64,000 bases of DNA from Octopus sinensis (Eukaryota): positions 66,030,001 to 66,094,000 of the forward strand of contig NC_043007.1 of NCBI RefSeq assembly GCF_006345805.1. The letters run 5' to 3'. The notes beneath the pieces are model-generated. The model was not told the DNA's origin and ran no database searches. It was given only the letters and a program-made list of their open reading frames with translations. Both the position numbers and the translations under genes were made by a program. Shown one piece after another: positions 53,350 through 64,000 of this stretch (position 1 is its first letter; the number at the start of each line of letters is the position of its first letter).

Positions 53350-54650
53350 GTTCCATGTTTGACTTTTGCTTTACATTTGCACAAGCTGGCTCCAAGTCTC
53401 ACCCAGAGATCTCAAGAGGTAACAAGTTGGAAACTCGTGTTGGTGTTATGCCAAGGGTGTCATATATTTGGTTTTGTACTTAGTGTTGTACTAGTGAATG
53501 TCTAAAAACCCATACGAAAATTATGTTTGTTTTAAAACTTGAGATTACATAGAAAGTATTTTGCTTAGGATATGAGCAGTTCCAATGAGCATTATCTTTT
53601 GAATTTCTGCCATTTTGGGGTTTCCTGGTATCTGAGTTAGGTAGCAATCAGCCATTTTTGCTATCATTCCCAGGGCACCTATTATTTTAGCCTTCAGGTT
53701 CTACATTTTGCTAATTCTTATTTCAAGATTTTTATATTTGCTCAGATTCTGATAGGTCTTGACAGATACGTTTATATCGATTGGGACAGTCATATCAATG
53801 AGGAGACATGTTTTTTGTCTGAAGCCTTTTACTATGATGTCTGGCCTATTCGCATCTATCTTTCTGTCAGTTTGAATGAAGATCCACAGGAGTGAGATGT
53901 GGTCATTTTCAAGTACTGGAGGTGGTTTGTGTTCCCACCAGTTTTTATCATGGGCCTAGTCCAGGTTTTTACAAATTGCCCAGTGAATATATTGTGCAGC
54001 TCTATCATGCTTGTTGAGATACTCTGTAGGCACAAGAAGACTGCACTTGGAGACAACATGATCAATGGTTTCATTTTGTTGTTGACATACACGACATGTT
54101 GGGCTACTGCCGTTCTTTAATATGTTGGCCTGGTAGTTCCTTGTAGGTAGGCATTGATCTTGAGCTGCTATGATAAACCCTTCTGTTTCGAATTTTAAGC
54201 CAGAGGCCATTAGCCATTGATGGGCCAGGGTTTTGTCAACATCGGCATTATTCGTTCTCTTTGGGTATTTGCCATTGAGAGGTTTTTCTTGCCATTTATC
54301 ATAAAGAATATCTAAGGCAGCAGTTTTGGCACGGGTTTTCATGTGCTTAACTTTTTCTGTGCTTGTTTCTTGTGTGTCTTAATCCGAAATTTGTTGTATT
54401 CGGAATTAACTTAGATATTCCTTTGCCTGTTTTGTTATTGAGTATGATGCTTTCTTGCTTTCATGTTTTGAGACAAGTTTTAACATCCAGTCCTCAGAGC
54501 TTTTCAAGTAGGTGTCTAGGCCAATTGTAGCAATCTTCATTGATATTGCCAGTTGTAAAAGTCCACAGCGTCCCTCTTTTCTTGGCAGATAAAGTCATTC
54601 TATATCTACCTTAGCGTGGTGCATTCTATGCATTGTCAACAGTTTCCGTA
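53350..54650 (-). mobile_element. Second R4/Dong family A copy, 5'-truncated, in an (ATT)n tract
   Basis: High identity to 1405-2718, including the CCHC/REL region and 3' UTR; TAA repeats at both junctions. Confidence 0.92.
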
Positions 54651-54699
54651 TTTATTATTATAATTATAGTTATAATTATTATTATTATAATTATTATTG

Positions 54700-54743
<44 letters not shown>

Positions 54744-54747
54744 GTTA

Positions 54748-54790
<43 letters not shown>

Positions 54791-54830
54791 CATCGTCATC
54801 ATCATCATCATTATATTATTATTATTATTA

Positions 54831-54899
<69 letters not shown>

Positions 54900-54903
54900 G
54901 CAC

Positions 54904-55220
54904 GGGGACATATGGTGTAGTGGTTAAGAGCACGGGCTACTAACCCCAACATTCCGAGTTCAATTCTAGGCAGTGACCTGAATAATGATAATAATAATGA
55001 TGATAATAATAATAATAACAACAACAACAACAACAACAACATCGAAAAATACCTTAGGAATGAGAACCCATGTTCAAAATTTCCGCGAGACAACTGATGA
55101 AGGCTGGAGGGTATATCAGCCGAAACATTGTGTTAACAACGAAGATGAGGACGAATATCCGACAAATGTAAATAATGTAAAAAATGTACATAACTCCTCA
55201 TCTCTTAATTATAGAACTCT
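54904..55220 (+). mobile_element. Composite element: tRNA-like head + (AAT/AAC)n + hammerhead module
   Basis: A box TGGTGTAGTGG at 54913-54923, B box GAGTTCAATTC at 54956-54966, microsatellite 54981-55040. Module 55040-55200 is homologous to 53165-53345. Confidence 0.7.
55089..55134 (+). ncRNA. Minimal type-I hammerhead
   Basis: GACAA-CTGATGA-A-GGCTG GAGGGTATAT CAGCC-GAAAC-ATT-GTGTT (one stem I mismatch). Confidence 0.65.
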
Positions 55221-55265
55221 GTATATATATATATATAATATATATATATATATAATATATATATA

Positions 55266-55304
<39 letters not shown>

Positions 55305-55374
55305 TATATATACATACATATATGCACATACCTACATCTATATGTATATATATAATATATATATATACATGCAT

Positions 55375-55790
55375 ATATGGGTACTGGACATCAAAAGAAC
55401 GTTGAACACAATGAGAAAAGAAAACATAAAAACAAAAACATGGAAACGAACATTTTTTCAAACAACGAAAGAACAGAGTACAAGATATACAACACAAGGA
55501 ATATTCCCCTTCTTCAGTTGTCCCTGTTTCGTCTACTCTGCGTTACGAAGGTAAGGACAAGACGCGACTTCATTGAAAAAGTCCTTCCCGCAAAGCAAAT
55601 TAAATAAAATTTGGGATTTTTTGCGGAGGGATAAAAGTGGTAACAAGAACAGGACATTAAGAGCAAAACAAAACAAAACAGTAAAAACAATGCAAGTAAA
55701 AACAGTAAAAGGCAGGAAAAGAGAATAACACGGTAAAAACAAACGATTAGGGTTGTTAAGTCAAGACGATGGAAAAATGGCTTAACAACC
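55375..55790. mobile_element. Penelope-type terminal module between (TA)n tracts
   Basis: Begins ATATGGGTACTGGACATCA like 12825 and 53165; carries CTGAAGA on the minus strand at 55511-55517. Confidence 0.5.
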
Positions 55791-55832
55791 CCCATATTAT
55801 TATATGATCGAATGCCACGCGTCCCTTCCCAA

Positions 55833-55915
<83 letters not shown>

Positions 55916-56050
55916 ATATATATATATTAGAAGGTTTGGAGATGATGTACAGGTATCATATATTAGAAGATATGCGGTACACAGAATCTGGATGGTCCTA
56001 TATTTACAGATATTTATTAATATGTCACGTGTTTTTATAAATTTATGAAA

Positions 56051-56106
<56 letters not shown>

Positions 56107-56208
56107 CAATAAGGGTAGAAATTGATATTAATCAATTAAAACCAGTGACCTAGCATATTAAAAAATCCGAAGATTAAAATATTTTTTACATACAAAATTT
56201 AAGGGACT

Positions 56209-56384
56209 GAAATAAAAAACGATTACCTATGTACTAATTAGTTTCACTTGTTAATATTCACGTATATGTATACGCGAAAATCTGCACGATCATCAGCATA
56301 GTCTGTCGTTTACAAACATAATTTCCAATACGTGAATATTAACAAGTGAAACTAATTAGTTCATAGGTAATCGTTTTTTATTTC
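56209..56384. repeat. Near-perfect inverted repeat, 57-bp arms, 62-nt spacer
   Basis: 56209-56265 versus the reverse complement of 56328-56384 (56/57 match). The spacer holds a truncated CTGATGA-stem II on the minus strand. Confidence 0.92.
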
Positions 56385-56546
56385 GTATATTTTCATTTGT
56401 CTTGCTTATTTTTTACACTTTGATTTTGTGCTGAGTTTTTTCTTGAGAACACATTCTTCGTGGAAAATAGCGATTTTGACGTCTATATATAGCATATTGA
56501 CTGTCCACTTTTAGTGGTCAGTCCTTTAAATTTTGTATGTAAATTA

Positions 56547-56622
<76 letters not shown>

Positions 56623-56711
56623 GTGACGGGAAGGTTTACGAAAATAAACAAAAGACGAAGGCAGGTGGAGTACAAACAAACAATGGCGTTCAAGAATAGA
56701 AATAAAACAAG

Positions 56712-56749
56712 TCTTTTACGTTTCGAGCCTACGTTCTTCAACAGAAAGA
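56712..56749 (-). ncRNA. Minimal hammerhead (core CUGUUGA) in module 56625-56822
   Basis: Minus strand TCTTT-CTGTTGA-A-GAAC GTAG GCTC-GAAAC-GTA-AAAGA; perfect 5-bp stem I, ACGT stem III. Confidence 0.65.
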
Positions 56750-56827
56750 TACACAGAAAAGAAACAAGGAGGAAACAGAGGAGAGAAAAAATTGCGTGTA
56801 GGGTAAGATCGAACATGGCGTTCGAAC

Positions 56828-57019
<192 letters not shown>

Positions 57020-57344
57020 TATAGATATATATATATATATAGATATATATATATATATATATATGTATGTATAGTTCGTATTTGTATTTGACAAAAGAAA
57101 AAAAATTACAACACTAACGATACTGAACATTTGAACGATCAATGTTTGACCACTTGTTTAACATATGAGTTTGAGAACCTAGTGAAAAAAACGGCTAATC
57201 GATAAATTAATTAACGGAATAACTAATCCATTAACTAACAATAACAATAAAGGACCGAACCAGTGCGTGTGGTTATTGCTACCGGCTTAATGCCCCTCCC
57301 AAGATTCAATATCGCCAAGCTAACGTGGCAGTCCAGAGAAATAG

Positions 57345-57422
<78 letters not shown>

Positions 57423-59014
57423 TCATACACATATATATATTAATATTCGTCGCCAAGCTAACGTGGCAGTTCAGAAAAATAGATTTCTATATGTATATCT
57501 AATCTATCTATCGATATATATATATACACACATACATATATACAGTGTGTGCGTCTGTGTGTGTTTACAAAGAGGATCTCAAAGGCATGATAAGAGAGAA
57601 GAGGAGAATATAATATCTGGAAAGAATTACACGGAAATATTTCATAGCGGTGGGAATTCTCTCAACCAGAAGTCTCCAGTGCCGCTTCTGAGAACAAACC
57701 GGCGTATTAATTAGGAAGTAGATGATCCTTGAGATTTTCGGGACGTGATATCTTGTTAATATAGCACAGGACAACACATAACGCTGCACTCAATTACATA
57801 AGATACGCAAGTGCACACACGTATACGTACATACATACATGCATGCACATAAATATATATATTATATATATATATATGCATACATAAATATACACATATA
57901 TACATGCATATGTATACACACACACACACACACACACACATATGCATACATACACACTCGTTCACATATGTTTACGCACACTCATATGCACACACGCACA
58001 TACACATACGCATATACACTCACACATGCATTTAACTGACAAAATTGTTTGTAGCTACTTCTTTTGATATCAACGCACGTGCAGCCATGTAGACGTACGT
58101 GTACACTCACATATACATACGCACACGATTTTAGAAGTACATATATGTGCGTGTCTGTGTGTCTATCTGTGCATGTACAGATATAAGTGTATGTATGTAT
58201 GTATGTATGTATGTATGTATGTATGTATGTATGTATGTACATTCGTATTTACTGCCGTATGCATCCGTGAGTCTGTGTGTATGTGTGTGATTGTCTGTGT
58301 GTTGTCATAGATAAACTGCGAAATATATGCAGAGTCATGCACAGATTCTAGTTTCGGATATTCACGCATGCTGCCATCAATGCAAATATATAAATACGTG
58401 TACAAATGTTTGGACATTTATGCAAACATATAAACGTATATTCACAGTGACGCAAGCACACACTTATTGTACATGAAATTCGATAGCGTTATATATGCTT
58501 AAACGTACGTGTATGTCGACATATTTAAAATATATACGCCCTCATGTACATCGTATACGAATTTATATACTCATTTTTCTGAAACGCACGCAAATATTTA
58601 GATACTAAGGCATATATAATTACACACGCGCGCGCACACACGCAAGCGCACACAGGCACACACGCACACATATATGCATTCACACATGCACGCACACACG
58701 CACGCACATAGACATTAATATATTTGCATGCACATACGCATGCGCGCAAATACACACACTGACAAATATATCTGCATGCACACACACACACACGCACATG
58801 CACTGCCGAACACACTCATGCCCACACGCACACACATACACACACAGACATATATATATATATATATATACATGCACACATGCCCACACAAACGCACATA
58901 CACGCACACACACGCACGCAAACACACACACATACACTCACACACACACACACGCACGCATATATATGTGTATGCATGTATGTATCTACAAACATTCATA
59001 CATGCATATGAATT

Positions 59015-59045
<31 letters not shown>

Positions 59046-59170
59046 TATATATACAAGTGAAATTTTATAATAATACACATGCATATATGCATAAATAAAT
59101 ATTCATATTGTATATATTTCAATTTGAAATTGTACAACAAATATCAACTTCTTAGGTATCCATCTATTAT

Positions 59171-59488
59171 GGCGCATGGCTCAGTGGTTACAGCGTCGAG
59201 CTTACGATCGTGAGATTGTGAGTTCGAATCCAGGACCGGGATGCGTGTTGTGTCCTTTATTTCACGTTGCTCCAGTTCACTCAGCTTTAGAAATGAGTTG
59301 CGACGTCACAGGTGCCAAGCTATATCGGCCTTTGCCTTTCCGTTGGATGACATCGGTGGCGTGAAGAGTAGAGGCCGGTATGCATGAGCGACTGCTGGTC
59401 TTCCATAAACAACCTTGCCCGGACTTGTGCCTGGAAGGGTAACTTTCTAGGCGCAATCCCATGGCCAGTCATGACTGAAGGGGGTCTC
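59171..59488 (+). mobile_element. tRNA-derived SINE
   Basis: GGCGCATGGCTCAGTGGTT A box and GAGTTCGAATCC B box; family of 10975-11315. Confidence 0.9.
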
Positions 59489-59663
59489 AGCATAGATAAC
59501 CATGTGTATTCCCATTCGCTTGCGTTATGTATTCGTATCATTTGATATGGATCCGAAGTTTCGATATATCACAAAGTCGTAGAAAATAAAACAAAGTGTG
59601 AAAGATGCTTTTATGAAATATTTAATTACGCCATCTGACTGCTTTTCTGAAAAAAAAAAATTA

Positions 59664-59982
59664 CACCTTCTCCTCGACTTACGACCGAGTTCCGTTCCGA
59701 GTAACAAGTCGTAAGTCGGTCTGGTCGTATGTAGTATTAATATTTTTCAACGCTATTTTCATTCAAATACAACTGATGCTGGAAAGCGACTGAGTGAGAG
59801 ACAGTGGCAGAAAGTAGATGCTTGGGTCTGAGGGAGACCTGCGTTGCCAGATACTGCCATAGTTATCGTACGCGCGCCTGCCCAACGTCCGAAAATCGGT
59901 TATTAGTTAATTTCTTTATTTTTTTCTGGTCGTAAGTGCAGGTAGTCATAAGTCACATAGGTCGTAAGTCGAAGAGAAAGTG
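59664..59982. mobile_element. pogo/Tigger-like MITE
   Basis: TA-flanked TIRs CACCTTCTCCTCGACTTACGACC / CACTTTCTCTTCGACTTACGACC. Confidence 0.8.
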
Positions 59983-60228
59983 TACTACAAAATGTAGCTT
60001 ACTTAATCTAAATATACTGTTAAATCTTCTGGGACGTATAACCTTTATACGTAACGTTACTGGATTGTTGAATTGGTGAAATATAGCGACAGATTCAACA
60101 ATCCATTATTACGTATAAAGATTATGTCTCTGAAGATTTGGCAATATATTCGAATTATGCAACTAATAATCATGTTGTTTTCATGAACAATCATGTAATA
60201 TTTTTATGAACAACCTCTTTTGATTTGT

Positions 60229-60259
<31 letters not shown>

Positions 60260-60279
60260 CATATATATATAATAGATAA

Positions 60280-60321
<42 letters not shown>

Positions 60322-60381
60322 ATAATATATACTTATACATATATTTATATATACATACATATATATAATACATGCTATATA

Positions 60382-60449
<68 letters not shown>

Positions 60450-60899
60450 GACATAGGGTACTGCCTTGTAGCGGCTTGAGTACTGTTATGATCTTGTAGG
60501 GCTATACTAGACACGTACAACTATACCAGAAGCTTCTATTAGCAGCAGTAAGACCAAAGGTACTCCACTCTCAAGACCTCAACGGCAGATTAAGTGGATG
60601 AAGTTATCTAGCTCAACAGCTATGAAGGCGGGTAATAACTGCAATAAATTTGACCACGCCAATTGTCCTGATTTCCTTATCTTGGCGTTCATTTGACATA
60701 TTTGTGAAGGACCGCGCGCTTTCTTGATTGCAACAACTAGCACAAGCTTCTTTGTTTTAAAGAAAGTCTTTCGGCGATCGATAAAGGTAGATAGGAGTAG
60801 GTTGCTGCCCCATGTTTAGGGCACCAGTTTTTACCCATCTCCCTTCAATTCAACATGTGTGGAAAACAGCATCTAAAGTGTTTCACCAACAAGTGACCG

Positions 60900-63170
60900 T
60901 ATAGCTACGGGACATCGATCAATGAAATTTGGAACATGGAACTTACGAACTCTGATAGACAATTCAAACTTAGACAGACTTAAAAGAACTGCCTTTGTAG
61001 CACGTGAACTTCAAAAGTTCAACTTTGATATTGCACTGAGTGAGACCGGAAGAGTAGGTGAGAAACGATGTAAAGTGGAAGACAGTCAATACACCTTCTT
61101 TTGTAAAGGTCCTGACATTGAACAACCCAGGTTCTATGGTGTGGGTTTTGCTAACGGAAGAGCCTACTTCAAAAACTGACTGAGCCACCCCACGGACTCA
61201 GTGAACGACTTGTAATACTCAGGATTATGCTCGACAGATATCAACATACCACCAATATCTGCGCCTATGTTCCAACTTTCGATGCTGAAAATGATGCGAA
61301 GGAAAACTTCTATGCTCAACTCAATGAAGAACTCTCTTCCACTCCAAAAGAAAACAGGATTTTGCTACTTGGTGACATTTTTGCCAGAGTGAGGAGCGAT
61401 CACAGACTTTGGACCGGGACCATCGGAAAAGATGCAAATGGCAGGGTTAATGCGAACGGGACACTTCTTCTCACCAAGTATGCTGAGCATGATCTGATGA
61501 TTACCAATATCTTACTTCGCCAGAAAAACAAGTACAAAGTTTCATAACAGCATCTACGCTCAAAACACTAGACATTATAAGATCCCGTGACCCTCAAGAT
61601 ATACTGAAGACCCTAGCCATCAAAAGGGCAGCAGAATGTTCGACATACCTTCGTCTCATCGCCTCCACAGTGAAGATTCGGCGGAAAATGAAACACCAAA
61701 ATCAAAATAACAGCAAGAAAGGCAATGTGGAATAATTTAAGGATGCCAAATACAACGAAAAGATAGGCGCAAAATCCCCCAAAAACATCGCCACAAACTA
61801 TTAATGAACATTGGAACCAAGTGAAAAATTCCACATTATAACCCGAAAAGAAACTCTGGGTTTGACCAAGAAACATGAAGACTTGTTCGGCAAAAATATC
61901 TTCATTTCTTTATAAAATGATCAACAGTCTGGCAACAAGAAGAAACTGTTCCAAGAATGCAAAGTTGCTGTTCAAAGGGTCACCCGACACCTAAAATTCA
62001 ATGGTGGATGGAAAAGGCTCACAAAATTCAACAGCTATCTGATGCCAACGGTACACTGGGCTTCAAAGCAACTAAGGCCATTTTTGGTCTGTCGATGCAT
62101 GGACAGGCCCATTCTCAAAAGCAAAGTTGCTAACACAATCTTTAAATCTAATATTGCTATCAGTGCCAGGTGGAAGGAACACTTTGAGGATTGGCTGAAT
62201 GAACCTGTTACCTTTGACCAACATGTAGTAGACAACATCCCCAAAGAACCGGGGAACATTCCCTCAGCAAATCTCCAGCCCTAGATGAGGTCAAGGAAAC
62301 CATCAAAGGCTTAAAAAGTAACAAAGTTGCAGGACCATGTGGAATACTAGATGAATACAAATCAGAACGGAATTTGATTCATTACCAACTCTATCAGCTC
62401 CTGACCAAAATTTGGATAAAAGAGGAAAATCAATCCGACCTCAAAGATTCAAATATTGTTACCAACAAGAAGAAAGAAGATAGTTCAAACTGTGAAAACT
62501 CTCTGGGAATAGCTCTGTTACCAACAGCAGGAAAGACCTTTGCCTGTATATTAAACAATAGACTGGAACCAATCGCTGAGAAAATCTTTTCAGGGTTGTA
62601 AACTAGATTCAGAGAATCACGCGGAATGATAGATATGATGTTCGTCATACAACTGCAAGAGTAATGCAGTGAACAGCTTCAACCTTTTCACATGGAATTT
62701 ACTTATCTTACTAAGGCCTTCGACTCAGTTTCGAGAGAATTCTGTGGAACATCTTATCCATCTACGGATGCCCTGGATCTTTCAGGCTTCTTCACGACAA
62801 CATACATGCGAGAGTTCTTGTCATCAACAGTGACTCTGAACCATTTCAATTAAGAAATTTTGAGTGAAATATGGCTGCCTCATAGCTCCCACAGTTCGCA
62901 CCGTCTTAATTCCTATCATCATTGAAATCCTCAAGGTGATCTCCCACCAAGAATTAAAACAGTTCATCGAGCTGCTGTCAAGCTTTTCGATCTTGTCTGA
63001 CTGAAGTCCAAAATCAAAATCTCGATCTCCTCCATCATCGAGTTTCAATATTCTGACGACATCAGCATCCGAAGAAAATTTGCAACAGACTCTCAACGCT
63101 TTCCATCAAAGTTACAGAAAACTTGAACTCACCATCAATTGCAAGAAGACACAAGTCATTTTCCAAACAT
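60900..63170 (+). pseudogene. Decayed RTE-clade LINE (AP endonuclease + RT)
   Basis: MKFGTWNLRTL..ARELQKFNFDIALSET, YVPTFDAE..KENFY, LLGDIFARV, RWKEHF..LN, GIALLPTAGKTFA.ILNNRL, KAFDSV; many stops and frameshifts. Confidence 0.88.
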
Positions 63171-63852
63171 CTTCCAAACATCTTCCAAACATCTTCCAAA
63201 CGGAATATTTTCTCCAAGACAAAGTACAGTCAATGGCTTTGTTATTAGTTCGAATATACCCCAAACATGTTTGAAATAAGAAGAAGTTTCTATTCATATA
63301 CATAATAGCTAGCCGTGGACTAACGCAACCAGTCACAGTATGATGACACGATGACGAGAATATAAGAGATATCAGTTCACAGCGTTACTCTTCCTGGTAT
63401 CTAATTCTGAAGAGTAGAGAACCGCTCCGAAATGTACGCATACACCAATCAGGTTATGGAGAGCTGCGGATTGAGTTGATGTGTTTACACATTTGTCTAC
63501 AGCAAGAAATATTCTCCATGATAAAGTACAGTGAATGAGTTTATTAAGGGCATACATTTTCTCCAATTAGCAGCCGCCGTGAGGCTGCAGTGTTTACATC
63601 GCGACATAGCTGGACCCAGCACAAGAATGCCAGGAAGATAGTAGTAGTAGTAGTAGTAGTAGTACGGAAAAATGAAGAAGACGACGACGATGAAGGATCC
63701 AGGTGAATACAAAAAACTAAACTTTTAGAAGATAAAGGAAAGGGAAAGAAAGAATTGAGAAACAAAACACATGAAGCATTTGTGGCCAGAATACATTGAC
63801 AATGAAGTGAAAGACAAATGAATTAGGTGGGTCAGAAGGGGGGGGACCCCGA

Positions 63853-64000
63853 CGATGACGACGACGACGAAGATGATGATGATGATGATGATGATGATGA
63901 CGAAGATGATGATGATGATGATGATGATAATGATGATGATGATGATGATGATGACGATGATGATGATGATGATGATGATAGTGATGATGATGATGATGAT
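63853..64000. repeat. (GAT)n/(GAC)n microsatellite
   Basis: Direct reading. Confidence 0.95.

Noticed and set aside
57304-57490. Two ~45-bp direct repeats (CGCCAAGCTAACGTGGCAGT) around a microsatellite
   Set aside because: Most simply a local slippage duplication; no further structure.
60450-60760. Possible HDV-like ribozyme in the RTE 5' region
   Set aside because: Expected from RTE biology, but no consistent P1-P2-P3-P1.1-P4 pairing was found by eye in this decayed copy.

Overview
A 64-kb, AT-rich, microsatellite-saturated animal genomic window. It is almost certainly intronic or intergenic DNA of an octopus; this is inferred from the recognisable tRNA-derived SINE families and repeat make-up. 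No complete host gene is present, and most ORFs in the supplied track are microsatellite artefacts. Real coding remnants are all transposon-derived: two families of R4/Dong-type RT + restriction-like-endonuclease LINEs, at least three families of GIY-YIG Penelope-like elements (one near full length at 44.5-47.7 kb), a decayed RTE LINE, an L1/Tx1-like 3' end, and two Tc1 transposons (DD34E and DD36E). Non-coding elements include mariner/pogo MITEs, a Helitron, a Helentron-type non-autonomous element and many SINEs. The most striking signal is invisible to the ORF track: about ten minimal type-I hammerhead ribozyme motifs from several unrelated repeat families, most with short palindromic stem III. 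They include a U3-A8 core variant in the 3' UTR of the long Penelope element, a same-strand pair 293 nt apart, and a composite tRNA-head + (AAT)n + hammerhead element. All RNA folds were done by eye and none is tested for activity. A weak candidate 5' end of a minus-strand host gene lies at 26.5-28.5 kb.
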